Assembly: GCA_050287085.1 (NCBI GenBank)
Contig: JBNKBE010000001.1
Location: forward strand, 224,001-288,000
Length of the DNA: 64,000 nucleotides
DNA from: Polyangiaceae bacterium
Lineage (GTDB): Bacteria > Myxococcota_A > Polyangia > Polyangiales > Polyangiaceae
Direction of reading: 5' to 3'
Positions 18,553 to 29,301 of this stretch are shown in pieces. The notes beneath the pieces are model-generated. The model was given only the letters and a program-made list of their open reading frames with translations. It did no database searches and was not told the origin of the DNA. Position numbers and translations under genes: made by a program. Position 1 is the first letter of the stretch; every line of letters starts with the position of its first letter.

Positions 18553-20916
18553 TCATAGCCGCGCTTCGATCTTTAGATTCGGCAACGGCACTGCAGGCAG
18601 CCGATCCTCTTTGCAGCTCAGGCCGGTCGCCGCGGGCGCACAGACGCGGTGTGCCACCTCTCGGCTCTGGGTTACGTTGAGGGCTTCCACAACGAACGAC
18701 CAATGGCTCTCAGGCCCCAAGCGAAAGCGGCGCTCCAGCCGCAGGTCCAGGCGCGCATAGGGCGCCGAACGCTCGTATGGAAATCGGGGCTGGCCGCGGA
18801 GCTTGCCTGCGACCCCCGAGTACGCCACCGAACGAGCCCCTAGCCTCCAGTTGTCGCCGAGCGTATACATTGCTGCCGCATTCAAAACATGCGTTCGATC
18901 GGAGCCTGCAAGCGTCTCGGTAGCTTCAAAAGCGCGCGTGGAGCGGCTCAGAGTATAGCTGAGCAATGCCCCCAATCGACGCGTTAGTGGGCGACGCAGC
19001 TCCACCTCCAGCCCATAGGCGTGACCGAGCATGCGCTGTCGACCGAAGTCATCGTCCAAAACAAAGCGCTGCGATAGCGAGTAGGGATCCGTCAGTCCAA
19101 AGTAGGTGTTCTGAAACGCCGTAACGCCGCCTCGCACGTCAGCCGGCAACTTCAACTCCACGCCGGCACTCGATTGGAACGTTCGCTGGAGGCCCCCGTC
19201 CAGCCCGGCCACCGACAGACCCGGAACGATGTTGGGAACGAAATTGGGAGGCTGATGCGCATAGCTCACAGCGTGAACCGCATCTACGTTCGGATGCAGC
19301 CGGAAACGTGCAGACAGTCGCGGATCCACCCCCACCTCGGTCCGCCCGCGCGAACGATAGACGTCCGCACGCACGCCGGGCACCAGAAAAATCCGATTGG
19401 TGAGCTGACTCGGGAGTTCGACGAACGCGCCGAACACCTCATCTTGGCGCGCCGGGAACAATTGGCGGATGGCCGCAAAGGCCGCCGAATCTGGACCGAG
19501 CTCCAACTCGTACCCGTCCACGCGTCCCGTGATGCCCGCACGGAGTTCCGACTTCGGACTCAATGAGTGCTCCACCATGACGCGGGCCGCCAGGGAGCGA
19601 TCCACGACATCGACGTCGACGAAACTCGTGCGGTCGTGTCCCAGCGTGAGTCCTACCTGAACCTGCGTATCGAACCCGAGTCGATGCGTGTAGCGAAGGT
19701 CAGCGCGATGAAAGTCGGCGCCGAGAAAGTCAGCGTCTGGAGTCTTCAGGTAGTCGTGCCCTCCGAAACTGAACACACGCAGCTGATCTGACGCCCCTAG
19801 GTCGTAATCGACAAGGCCCTGATAATCCCAGTAGTCGAGCACCTGGGACCCGAGTTGAGATATCAACAAGCCGGTGAGCGAATATCGACCCGCCAAGAAG
19901 AGATTGCCTCGCTCCCCCGCAAACGGTGTCTCCACGAATGCGCTTGCGTCCCACAAGCCGAGCCCTGCTCCGAACGAAGGTCGGTAGGTGGGTCTGCGAA
20001 GCTCGGCTTCGACGACACCTCCCGCAGCCCGACCATAACGCCCAGGATACGCTGCAGAATGCAGGTGAACGCCCTCGATCAATTCCGGACTTATCACGGA
20101 CGGCCCTAGCAAAACATGATAGAGAACCGGAACTTGGATGTCGTCCACGTAAAAGCGCACGTCCCCCGGGGGTGCCCCACGCACGTAATAGACGGGGAGA
20201 CCGGAAACCATGGTCGTGACGCCGGGCAACGCGTCCAGCGCTCGCAGAGGATCACCGAATAACGCGCCGGGGATCTGCCGCGCCTCGGCCCGCGACAGCG
20301 AGCGTGAACTGGGCGGTGAGTCGTCGTGCACGACGACTTCAGGGGCCGCCAAGAGCTCGGAAGTCTGTGGAGAAGGCTCGCCTGCGGAAGCCGCGCGCTC
20401 CTGCGGCGTAGGCTCGGAACGCGATGGCCCATCATGAGGAGCCCGCACCTCGGGGGGTACAAAGTGAGCCTCCATCATGATGCGCACGGCTATCCCCTCG
20501 CCACCACGCCGCGCGGGTTCGAAACGCCAATTCAGCGCGGCTGCCAGAGCCGCGCTGGCGAAGGGCTCATCGCCGACGAATACCTCAGCCTCCTCGACGT
20601 GCCCTTCGGGACCGATCAACAAGCGAAGCGTCACCGACGCTTCGCCCTCGGCTCCCTCGGGAAAGGCGACGTCGGCCTGTATGACTCGAGGTGGCGTGAC
20701 GCCCGACAATGCCTCGCGAGAGCCGGGCTCAGGCTCGTCAGCGTAGGCCGGTGAAGAAACCAACAACGCTAAGACGCTCACCAGCGCGAAGCTGTATGCC
20801 CGAGCCCACCGGGGCCGCTCGGCACGCCGCGACGCGTACTCGCAGATAGCGTTGGGCCTCCGGATCTCGGTCCTGCATGCCTTGAGCTCCATGTGCGACC
20901 ACTCTATAGCCGACAC
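18553..20916 (-). CDS. TonB-dependent receptor with N-terminal TonB-C domain (myxobacterial type)
   Basis: Signal peptide ending PAYA; TonB-C motif AAALNWRFEPA; plug motifs GDPLRALDALPGV, YVRGAPP, YPGRYG; beta-barrel C-terminus; start uncertain. Confidence 0.85.
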   Translation of the reverse strand: MSAIEWSHMELKACRTEIRRPNAICEYASRRAERPRWARAYSFALVSVLALLVSSPAYADEPEPGSREALSGVTPPRVIQADVAFPEGAEGEASVTLRLLIGPEGHVEEAEVFVGDEPFASAALAAALNWRFEPARRGGEGIAVRIMMEAHFVPPEVRAPHDGPSRSEPTPQERAASAGEPSPQTSELLAAPEVVVHDDSPPSSRSLSRAEARQIPGALFGDPLRALDALPGVTTMVSGLPVYYVRGAPPGDVRFYVDDIQVPVLYHVLLGPSVISPELIEGVHLHSAAYPGRYGRAAGGVVEAELRRPTYRPSFGAGLGLWDASAFVETPFAGERGNLFLAGRYSLTGLLISQLGSQVLDYWDYQGLVDYDLGASDQLRVFSFGGHDYLKTPDADFLGADFHRADLRYTHRLGFDTQVQVGLTLGHDRTSFVDVDVVDRSLAARVMVEHSLSPKSELRAGITGRVDGYELELGPDSAAFAAIRQLFPARQDEVFGAFVELPSQLTNRIFLVPGVRADVYRSRGRTEVGVDPRLSARFRLHPNVDAVHAVSYAHQPPNFVPNIVPGLSVAGLDGGLQRTFQSSAGVELKLPADVRGGVTAFQNTYFGLTDPYSLSQRFVLDDDFGRQRMLGHAYGLEVELRRPLTRRLGALLSYTLSRSTRAFEATETLAGSDRTHVLNAAAMYTLGDNWRLGARSVAYSGVAGKLRGQPRFPYERSAPYARLDLRLERRFRLGPESHWSFVVEALNVTQSREVAHRVCAPAATGLSCKEDRLPAVPLPNLKIEARL

Positions 20917-21196
20917 GGGTCACCCTTGCGCAAGGACCTAACGCGCTGCGACTGTCAGACCGATCAAGGCAAAGGGGATAAGACACGTTGCGCGAATAAT
21001 GTGCCCCTTGCCGCTGGGGTCGACATAGACCATGTTGGATCTGGCCACTGCCTGGCTCAGAAGATGTACGACCCCGCCTTCTCCCGCCGCCCCCCAATGC
21101 ACCCCAGCACTGCAAAGAAGCAGCAATGACGGAAAACGAGAACCCGCCCGCTGAGGGCGTCGACGCTGTCGCGCGACACCGTTCCTCCCAAGGAGA

Positions 21197-22927
21197 ATGC
21201 GCTTGAGACCTGTTCTGGCCCTGGTCTGGGTGGCGGCTTGGGCTCTGGGCTGCGACCTGCAATCGGATCTGTCCAGCGTGGCACGAGTCCTTGGCGACCC
21301 AGATTCAGAGTTGATCGAAGGTCCTGGACGGCGGCTCGCGCCGGGCACGTTCACTCTCTTTCGCCCGGAAGTCAGCAATGCAGAAGGAAGCGTGCTGGTG
21401 GGCGTGGAAGTGACCGACCAGGGCAACCAACTGGCGATCGTCCCTTTCGAGGACGATCAGAAAGCGTGCCGCGCGGGCGCCCTATACGGCCCAGGTCGTC
21501 CGATCGCGGACAGAACACTTAGCCCCCCTGGGGGCGAAAGCGGCGGAGCCGAAGCGCTTCTCCCCTTCATCATGACCAACGCTGACGGTGACCCCGAGCT
21601 CGCGTTCACAACGCTCGCGTGTAAGCGTCAGAAGCTCCGGGTGAAGCACGGAAACCTGCCCTTCTACACGCAATTTGGTCGCGCCGGAGGCATGCTGGTG
21701 GACACGACAGATGGAGACGTCATCTGGATCGATCCCTGGAACAATGAGCGCAAGACCGTATTGCAGGGCGCCGATCGCTTGCCGACCGGACGCTACGCTT
21801 TCGTCGCCGAAGGGCTCGACGGCCCGTGGATCTGGAGCGTCGAAGGCGGTGAAATTGTCGCCCGCGACGCCCAATTCGAAGAGCGAGCGAGGGTCGGCTC
21901 CGACATTGTCAACCTGGCCCACAGCGCGCAGGTGGGGTTTAGCGCACCCGAGGGAGGCCACCAGCTCGTGTACCGCACGAGCGATGGCACGCTCGGGCTT
22001 ATCCCCGTAGCCAACCTAGAAGAATCGCGGGTCGTGGCCGAGGACGTATGTGGCGAGTGGTTCGCCCGCGGAGCTAGCAGCGCGGTACTCTATTACATGG
22101 CCCCCTGTAGCAAGAGGACTCTCAACGTGTTCTCGTTGGACGCCGACGAGCCGATGGAGATCGCCACGGGCGTGTACACGTATCGGATCACCGGCGTACT
22201 GCCGGATGGGCCACAAATCCTGTATCTCACGAGCGCGTCGACCGACACCGGTGCAGACGGCCAGATCGGTACCCTGTGGGCCCGCAACGGCTCACAGAAG
22301 GCCCGCAAGCTGGGTGACAACGCGCATATTGGCTACACCAGTTTCGGGGAAAGCGGCGCCCTCAGCGTACTGAGAAACTGGAAGAAAGGGCGCGGTGGGG
22401 ACCTCGTCGAAGGCAAACTCGGTGAAGAGCTCGAGCTACGAGCCAAGAACGTTATCTATCGTCACTCTTGGCTGGGGTTGCTTGCCGACTTTGACGGCAC
22501 CCACGGCACGTTGAGGCGCAAACAAGGCGATCAGTACAAGGCCGTCAAAGGGCACGTGAGCCCCCGCGGAATGCGCCTTGACCAGCGCACGGAACGGGCG
22601 TTGCTGATGACGGACATCGACCCAGATACCGACACGGGGACGCTAAGCGTGCTGGCGAGCGACGGCTTGCATCCGGTGAGCGACTCCGTGACGCCAGATG
22701 CTCGCGACTACAGTTTCACGCAGCAACTGGACGCAGTCACCCTCCGGCGCGCTCGGCAGCCCGATGGCACCGGCAGCTTGAACCTTTCCTACCAGGCCAC
22801 CGGGGAGTTGGTCGAGCTCGCAGACGGAGTCTCGGAGTGGCTCGAGATTGAGTGGCCACAAAAGGGCGTGTTGTACAGCGTTCCAAACGGTGAAAACGCG
22901 GGGCTTTGGTTTACAGAAGCCCGCTGA
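21197..22927 (+). CDS. Hypothetical beta-rich lipoprotein
   Basis: AAGGAG RBS; lipobox ALGC; 576-aa ORF with many short beta-strand-like segments. Confidence 0.7.
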   Translation: MRLRPVLALVWVAAWALGCDLQSDLSSVARVLGDPDSELIEGPGRRLAPGTFTLFRPEVSNAEGSVLVGVEVTDQGNQLAIVPFEDDQKACRAGALYGPGRPIADRTLSPPGGESGGAEALLPFIMTNADGDPELAFTTLACKRQKLRVKHGNLPFYTQFGRAGGMLVDTTDGDVIWIDPWNNERKTVLQGADRLPTGRYAFVAEGLDGPWIWSVEGGEIVARDAQFEERARVGSDIVNLAHSAQVGFSAPEGGHQLVYRTSDGTLGLIPVANLEESRVVAEDVCGEWFARGASSAVLYYMAPCSKRTLNVFSLDADEPMEIATGVYTYRITGVLPDGPQILYLTSASTDTGADGQIGTLWARNGSQKARKLGDNAHIGYTSFGESGALSVLRNWKKGRGGDLVEGKLGEELELRAKNVIYRHSWLGLLADFDGTHGTLRRKQGDQYKAVKGHVSPRGMRLDQRTERALLMTDIDPDTDTGTLSVLASDGLHPVSDSVTPDARDYSFTQQLDAVTLRRARQPDGTGSLNLSYQATGELVELADGVSEWLEIEWPQKGVLYSVPNGENAGLWFTEAR

Positions 22928-22933
22928 CCCCAC

Positions 22934-23000
22934 CCGAAAGCCCTCCCACCGGCCCAAGCGCGGGGCGCGAGCAAGCTCCCTCCCCCCTCCTCCGATCAAA
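22934..23000 (+). repeat. Dispersed intergenic repeat, copy 1
   Basis: Core AAGCGCGGGGCGCGAGCAAGCTCCCTCCCCCCTCCTCCGATCAAA (22956-23000) nearly identical to 51551-51594; upstream CCGAAA..CCCTCCCACCG also shared. Confidence 0.85.
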
Positions 23001-23110
23001 ACTTCGCGCGCGGTCTAGAGTGTAGACGAGCGTGGCGATGGACAGTAGGAAACGGGCGCTGGCCCTCGCAAAGAGGTCCCTCGACCCGTGCCACCGAAAG
23101 CAGCGACAGC

Positions 23111-23719
23111 ATGACGACCAAGAACGAGCAGCCAGCCCTGCTCGAGGCCCAAGAACACATCCGCAGCCTCCTTCGTTATCTCGGTGAGGACCCCACGCGC
23201 GAAGGACTGCTCGAGACGCCCGCTCGTGTCCTGCGCTCCTACGACGAGCACTTCGCGGGGTACAAACAAGACCCCGCCGACTACCTGGGCAAGACCTTCT
23301 CGGACGTTGCCGACTACGACGAGCTGGTGCTCGTCAGCGACATCGAGGTGATGAGTCATTGCGAACACCATATGGTACCTTTTGTCGGCAAGGCCCACGT
23401 TGCCTATATTCCCGATGGCCGCGTGGTGGGGTTGTCCAAGCTAGCGCGGGTGGTGGACGTGTTTGCCAAGCGCCTTCAGGTGCAGGAAAAGCTGACAGCG
23501 CAGATCGCGGGCGCTATCGCTCAACACCTCAAACCTCAGGGCGTCGCCGTAGTTATTCAGTGTATGCACTTCTGCATGTGCTACCGCGGGGTGCGCAAGC
23601 CAGGCTCGTGGACGACGACCAGCAAGCTACACGGCGTATTCCTATCCGATCCGGCGGCCAGAATGGAGCTGTTCAAGTTGATCGGTCTGCAGCGCGGTAT
23701 CGGCGCGGTAAGCACCTGA
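23111..23719 (+). CDS. folE: GTP cyclohydrolase I
   Basis: [44 protein letters not shown]. Confidence 0.96.
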   Translation: MTTKNEQPALLEAQEHIRSLLRYLGEDPTREGLLETPARVLRSYDEHFAGYKQDPADYLGKTFSDVADYDELVLVSDIEVMSHCEHHMVPFVGKAHVAYIPDGRVVGLSKLARVVDVFAKRLQVQEKLTAQIAGAIAQHLKPQGVAVVIQCMHFCMCYRGVRKPGSWTTTSKLHGVFLSDPAARMELFKLIGLQRGIGAVST

Positions 23720-23922
23720 CTCTCTTCCAGCGCCCCGCGTAGGCTCCTTGGGCTCCGACCTCGTCTAGAACAACTCCTGGAGATTCGACATGAGTGCCGC
23801 CCGATGGCTTCGGCTTTGGCGGCGGCCCGACAGTGAGGCTGGGCGGGCCTAGTGCGAGGCAATCGACGCGGCCCAGACTCGCGGAGAGTGCCAAATCCCA
23901 AGCGCTCCGCTATGACGGGACA

Positions 23923-24849
23923 ATGACTCCGGTAGCCGGTATCGACGTGGGCACGAACTCCGTTCGTCTGCTCATCATTGACGAGTCGGGGGGCGAAATC
24001 GAGCGCTGCATGCAGATCACCCGCCTCGGCCAGGGCGTCGACGAGACGGGCAAGCTCGCGCCAGAAGCGCTAGAGCGAACGCTTCGTGTCCTCGATGACT
24101 ACGGCCAGCGCATGGCCCGTCACGGCGTGAAACGCGTGCGCGCAACGGCAACCAGCGCAGCGCGAGACGCCAAGAATCGCGAGGCGCTCTTTGCGCCCGC
24201 TCGTGACATACTGACGCGCGCAACAACATCTGAGAGCGCGCTAGAGCTACTGTCAGGAGCCGATGAGGCACGACTCTCGTTTCAAGGAGCTTCGGCCGAC
24301 CTGAGCGGAGAAGACACCGTTCTCGTCTTCGACATAGGAGGCGGCTCCACAGAGTTTGCACTGGGAAAAGAGGCGCCGGAAGCATTCATCTCCATCGACA
24401 TGGGCGGGGTTCGTGTGACGGAGCGTTTTCTCTCGAACGATCCCCCGCGGACCGACGAGATCGCAGCGGCTGAGGGTTTCGTTCAGGCCCAGTGTGAAAA
24501 GGTGGGCGCCGCAATCCCCGTGCACAAAGCGAGTCGTGTTCTCGGCCTGGCCGGTACCGTCACCACTTTCGCGGCCCTGCAGCTGCAGCTTGCTCACTAC
24601 GACGCCACGCGAACGCACGGTCTTGCTCTGACACGCCAGCAAATAGAACGTATCGCCGAACAACTGCTCACAAGCACAATCGCAGAGCGCCGTGCTATTC
24701 TGCTCGAACCAAAACGGGCCGAGGTGATCGTAGGCGGAGCCATCGTATTGCGCACGTTGATGCGATATTTTGACTTCAACGAGCTCCAAGTTTCCGAGAA
24801 AGACATTCTCGACGGCCTAGCGGCATCGCTCCTCAATCCGGGCTCGTAG
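23923..24849 (+). CDS. ppx: Ppx/GppA family exopolyphosphatase (short form)
   Basis: IDVGTNSVRL, ITRLG, ATSAARDA, FDIGGGSTE, AGTVTT, DILDG. Confidence 0.9.
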   Translation: MTPVAGIDVGTNSVRLLIIDESGGEIERCMQITRLGQGVDETGKLAPEALERTLRVLDDYGQRMARHGVKRVRATATSAARDAKNREALFAPARDILTRATTSESALELLSGADEARLSFQGASADLSGEDTVLVFDIGGGSTEFALGKEAPEAFISIDMGGVRVTERFLSNDPPRTDEIAAAEGFVQAQCEKVGAAIPVHKASRVLGLAGTVTTFAALQLQLAHYDATRTHGLALTRQQIERIAEQLLTSTIAERRAILLEPKRAEVIVGGAIVLRTLMRYFDFNELQVSEKDILDGLAASLLNPGS

Positions 24850-24852
24850 CTT

Positions 24853-25767
24853 ATGCCGGAATTGCCGGAAGTCGAAACCGTGCGACGAGGTCTAGCGCCG
24901 CTGCTCGTGGGGCGCACCCTTCGACGAGTAGTCACGACCGCTGCAAGCTACTTCTTCCTGACAGCTCCGGACGAATTGGGTCGCAGACTCGCCGGTCGCC
25001 GCTTCTTGTCGCTCACCCGTCACGGCAAATACCTACTCGCCGAGTTGGACGATCGGTCGACAGTGCTCATGCACCTTGGCATGACAGGACAGCTCTTCTC
25101 CCAAGAAGCCGTGGGTCCACGATTGCTCCGGACCACACGCACGGGTGCGCTCACACCGGAAGTGCAAAGCGACTTCTCGCCGGACGCGCACACCCACGTG
25201 CAGTTTGAGTTCGAGGACCAGGGGCCCGCTGTGTATTTTCGCGACCCCCGCAAGTTCGGGAAGATCGCATGGCTAGCGCCGGGAGCCGAGGAACCCCGCC
25301 TGGCCAAATTGGGCCCGGACGCACTGGAACTGACGGGCTCACTACTGATGGCCACAGCTAAGCGGCGCAAAACCGCCCTCAAGCTCACGCTGCTAGACCA
25401 AAGCGTAGTGGCCGGCATCGGCAACATCTACGCCGATGAGGCCCTATTTCTCGCGGGGCTACATCCCCTGAGAGCAACCGCCAGCCTCAAAGTCCAAGAA
25501 GCAGACCAACTTGCGGCGGCTGTACAGCAAGTACTAAATCGCGCCATCGCGACTGGCGGAAGCAGCATCAGCGACTACATCGCAGCCGACGGCTCCCGCG
25601 GCCAATATCAAGACGAACGCAAAGTGTACGCCCGCACCGGTGAGGCGTGCCGGCGATGTGGCACGCTGGTGCAGCGCATCATCGTGGGCACCCGAGGAAC
25701 CCACTTCTGTCCGCGGTGCCAGCCCGGGTCACGACGAGCCAAACGACACGCGAAGAAGACGGCCTAG
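24853..25767 (+). CDS. mutM: Formamidopyrimidine-DNA glycosylase
   Basis: MPELPEVE, HLGMTG, DPRKFG, GIGNIYADE, CxxC...CPRCQ zinc finger. Confidence 0.96.
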   Translation: MPELPEVETVRRGLAPLLVGRTLRRVVTTAASYFFLTAPDELGRRLAGRRFLSLTRHGKYLLAELDDRSTVLMHLGMTGQLFSQEAVGPRLLRTTRTGALTPEVQSDFSPDAHTHVQFEFEDQGPAVYFRDPRKFGKIAWLAPGAEEPRLAKLGPDALELTGSLLMATAKRRKTALKLTLLDQSVVAGIGNIYADEALFLAGLHPLRATASLKVQEADQLAAAVQQVLNRAIATGGSSISDYIAADGSRGQYQDERKVYARTGEACRRCGTLVQRIIVGTRGTHFCPRCQPGSRRAKRHAKKTA

Positions 25768-25780
25768 ACACTCGTCTGGG

Positions 25781-27142
25781 CTAGATCTCACAGCTCATGG
25801 CCATATCCTGCTCGTCGGCGTCGCAGATATCCTCGTCTGCGCCGCCCATCAGCTGATCGAAACCGACGCCCCCCTGAAGCACATCTGAGCCGGGGCCGCC
25901 CTCGAGCAGATCATCACCCGCTTCCCCGTAGAGGTAGTCGTCGCCGTCGCTGCCTAGCATGTGGTCATTGCCGCTTCCTGAGCGCGCTATCTCCAGATTG
26001 ATGAGGGTATCGTACTCTTCGAGTTCACCACTCACGGCCTCACAGTCGCAATCCCCGGTACAGCCCACCGACGTGTCCGCCATGCACAACACCACGGTGA
26101 GATCTTCGGCGCGATACTGATAGCTGACGGTATCGAGTCCTGGGCCGGCGTTGATGAGATCTCGTCCACTGCTGGATGCGCCTTCATCGAAGTAGTCGCC
26201 GCCTTCGCCGCCGTTCATGACGTCGTCGCCGGGTCCGCCGGCAAAGAAGTCACTCATCTGGCCGCCACGCAAGACGTCGTCGCCCTCGCCCCCGAATGCG
26301 TTCACAGGAAATGCCGGATCTTCTACGCGCGCGGTCACCCCGCGATCGTCGTACTTGCCCACGTTGAGACGCCCGACTTCATCGAAAGTATCATTGCCCG
26401 GCCCCAGACTGTAGGTCAGCTCTTCAAGCTGATCGACCCACAGGTTGAGCCTAGGCAGCTCAGAAAGCGCTGCGAGCAATGCGGTCTGGGCGCCGCTGCC
26501 GTAGATGCTGTCGTCACCAGCGGTGCCGCGCAACATGAAATGGTCCGTGCCCGAACCGAGTTCAAAGTGAAACCCGTAGTCCGCTTCAAGCAATCGTGCG
26601 CCGAACTCTCCTTTGGATAGGTCGAGCAAGACCACGTTGTCCTCGGGTCCGCCGGTCACTTGAATGCGGTCCAGTTGGTCAACCTGCATTGGGCTGCCCT
26701 CTACTTCGCACTCGCGACCGTTGGCGTACAGAACGCCCTCCTGAGCCGACAGCCAAACGCCGTAGGCATCCCGGTCCAATGAAAACGTGATCGTCGCAGA
26801 ATCGGGGTCGAAACCATCCTCACAGCCCGGAACCGGCACATCCGGAACCAGCGCCTCATCGAGTCCCGGATAGTCAGGATCATAAACCGGAATGTGTGGG
26901 GGGATCGCAGGTTCGTCGCCGTCGATGCCGGCTGCACCTCCTCCACTTCCGGAGGCTCCCGAAGAATCGCTCGAACCCTTAGCGCCACTACCACTCGTGC
27001 TGCTGCTCTTGCCCGCACGACTGGATGCTGCACCGTCGTCGTCTGGAGCCGGTGGCGGACTCCCGCAGCCACTCAGACTCGCCAGAGTCATCGCCAATAC
27101 GGCTCCGAGGAGGGACGGTGAACCACAACTCTTTACTCTCAC
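25781..27142 (-). CDS. Lipoprotein with hemolysin-type (RTX) Ca-binding repeats
   Basis: Lipobox LSGC, Ser/Gly linker, GGxGxDxL nonapeptides (GGEGDDVL, GGPGDDVM, GEAGDDLL, GGVGFDQL). Confidence 0.85.
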   Translation of the reverse strand: MRVKSCGSPSLLGAVLAMTLASLSGCGSPPPAPDDDGAASSRAGKSSSTSGSGAKGSSDSSGASGSGGGAAGIDGDEPAIPPHIPVYDPDYPGLDEALVPDVPVPGCEDGFDPDSATITFSLDRDAYGVWLSAQEGVLYANGRECEVEGSPMQVDQLDRIQVTGGPEDNVVLLDLSKGEFGARLLEADYGFHFELGSGTDHFMLRGTAGDDSIYGSGAQTALLAALSELPRLNLWVDQLEELTYSLGPGNDTFDEVGRLNVGKYDDRGVTARVEDPAFPVNAFGGEGDDVLRGGQMSDFFAGGPGDDVMNGGEGGDYFDEGASSSGRDLINAGPGLDTVSYQYRAEDLTVVLCMADTSVGCTGDCDCEAVSGELEEYDTLINLEIARSGSGNDHMLGSDGDDYLYGEAGDDLLEGGPGSDVLQGGVGFDQLMGGADEDICDADEQDMAMSCEI

Positions 27143-27447
27143 ATTCTCTCCTAATGTCGGCTACGGTAGGTGCCCTACAACCGGCGCATCAGCCGTGAAT
27201 GAGCGGCGACCGGTACACAGAGCTGCCGTCCACGTCTCGCTCGATGTGGACGGCTCCTCGGGCTTGCCCCCAAGAACGGCACCGTTGCGGCAATGCTGAA
27301 GTCGAACCCTCGTAAGCCCCCGCTTGGTGGAAATGCGCACGGCAACTTGCACGGGACGCAACCTGCCGGCTAAAGAACCAGACCCGCCCCTGCCCAGACC
27401 GGGCCCCAGATCACCGCCAAACCCCCAGCTCGTTGAATTAGGTGCCG

Positions 27448-28317
27448 ATGAACGCTGTAGAAGCGAAGAACCACGGGATATTGCTGCTCTCCTGCCCAGA
27501 CCGACGTGGCATTGTCGCCGCATTGGCGCAGGTGTTGCACGGCCACGGCGCCAACATCCTGGCGGCTGACCAGCACCGCGACGAAAACACCGAGCAGTTC
27601 TTTCAACGCGTGGAGTTTGACGCCTCGGAATTACTCACCGATCGCGGGACTCTGGAGCGCGCGATTGCGGAAGTCGCCGACCGCTTTGATATGCGAGTGC
27701 GGCTTGCCTATCGCGACACGGTTCCGAAGGTGGCCGTCTTCGTGTCCAAGTACGACCACTGCCTCTACGATCTGCTTTGGCGCCGCCAAAGCGGTGAGCT
27801 GCGTGGCAGTATCGAGCTCATCGTGAGCAATCACGATGACCTAGCCCCTATTGCCGCGCAGTCCAACATCGCCTTCGCGCACTTTCCGATCACGCGCGAG
27901 ACCAAAGCTGCACAGGAGCAGAAGCAGATATCCGAGCTCAAAGAGCGGGGGATCGATCTCGTGGTCCTCGCTCGTTATATGCAGGTGTTGTCGCCGGCGT
28001 TTGTGGCTCAATTTCCAAGCCGCATCATCAACATTCACCACTCCTTTCTGCCGGCATTCGTCGGCGGCAAGCCCTATCACCAGGCCCATGTGCGCGGCGT
28101 CAAGCTGATTGGCGCCACCGCCCACTATGCGACTGAAACGCTCGATCAAGGCCCCATCATCGAGCAGGACATCGTGCGCGCCTCACACCGAGACGCCGTA
28201 GAGGATCTCGTGCGCAAAGGCCGTGACGTGGAGCGTTCCGTCTTGAGTCGTGCGGTGCGATGGCACCTCGATGAGCGGGTGCTGGTGTGGGGCAACAAGA
28301 CCGTCGTCTTTGACTGA
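27448..28317 (+). CDS. purU: Formyltetrahydrofolate deformylase
   Basis: CPDRRGIVA, VSKYDHCL, VLARYMQ, INIHHSFLPAF, GVKLIGATAHY, DQGPIIEQD. Confidence 0.96.
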   Translation: MNAVEAKNHGILLLSCPDRRGIVAALAQVLHGHGANILAADQHRDENTEQFFQRVEFDASELLTDRGTLERAIAEVADRFDMRVRLAYRDTVPKVAVFVSKYDHCLYDLLWRRQSGELRGSIELIVSNHDDLAPIAAQSNIAFAHFPITRETKAAQEQKQISELKERGIDLVVLARYMQVLSPAFVAQFPSRIINIHHSFLPAFVGGKPYHQAHVRGVKLIGATAHYATETLDQGPIIEQDIVRASHRDAVEDLVRKGRDVERSVLSRAVRWHLDERVLVWGNKTVVFD

Positions 28318-28384
28318 TATCTCGCGCCCCCGGTCCCTGCGCCACAACCACTGCAGCGCGGCGAGACGTCCGAGCACAGAGGGC

Positions 28385-29125
28385 TCAGTTCGCGAGAGAA
28401 GTCCCGCCTTCGGTGGCGAATAGCCCACGCTCGGCCAGAGCCTGGGCGAGCGTATTGGACTGCGTTCTACGCCACCGTTCATACAGTTCCAACACGCTGG
28501 CGTTGCTGTAGGAGCTCTTCGCCAACACGGCGTCAGCCACCTTCGACAGCAAGCGCAACAGTGCCTCAAAACGGGCGGAGAGCTCAGCGAAGATGCCCAT
28601 CTCAGCGCTGAACTGCCGCAGCGCGGTGCCGGCGCCGTGGTAGGCGCTCGAGCCGAGCGCGACCAGGTAGTTCCGCTGCAGACCACGGTAGGCCAAGTGC
28701 TCCTCGAAGAATCCCCCGAGAAAGAGAACGTCGTCCCCCAGGCGCCTCAGATGGTCAAAACGTTTGCCTCCCGAGGCGCCCAACGCCGCAGACAAGCGCA
28801 AGGCAAAAGGCTCCTCTCCACTATCGGGCGGCTTGCCCGCATGTTCGGAGAGCACGCTGACCACGTAGGCGTGGCAGGCAGACGACAACTCCAACGGTGT
28901 TTCACCCAGCGCCTGATCGACGACCTCGGCAAAGAAGCGAGTCGGACTCGCCTCCACGACAGGTGAAACAACACGCGGCTTGGGGTCAAACGCCTGGGAA
29001 GTGCCGGATAGCGGACCTGAGGAGCTCGCAGCCTCAGCACTTGATTTGTCGGAAACGGATGCCGTGTCAGGCGCACAGCGTTCCGCGTCCGCTTCGGATA
29101 CGACGGGGCGGCTTTTTCGTTTCAT
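28385..29125 (-). CDS. Conserved hypothetical helical protein
   Basis: LRRLGDDVLFLGGFF, YLVALGSSAY, IFAELSARF, ELYERW motifs; fills the intergenic space. Confidence 0.7.
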   Translation of the reverse strand: MKRKSRPVVSEADAERCAPDTASVSDKSSAEAASSSGPLSGTSQAFDPKPRVVSPVVEASPTRFFAEVVDQALGETPLELSSACHAYVVSVLSEHAGKPPDSGEEPFALRLSAALGASGGKRFDHLRRLGDDVLFLGGFFEEHLAYRGLQRNYLVALGSSAYHGAGTALRQFSAEMGIFAELSARFEALLRLLSKVADAVLAKSSYSNASVLELYERWRRTQSNTLAQALAERGLFATEGGTSLAN

Positions 29126-29301
29126 ACCGTCCCATAGTCTGACGCCAATTGCGCGCCGCGCCAGACGCCCGAGCGAGATGCTAGAACGACTGCGTCATCG
29201 CAGTACGCTGTGGCGACAACAGCCCGAGCCAGAGTGTGGCGGCGGCGGAAAATAACGAGCGACACCGCCTAGTTGCGCCGACCTCCGGCGCCCCGAAGCG
29301 G

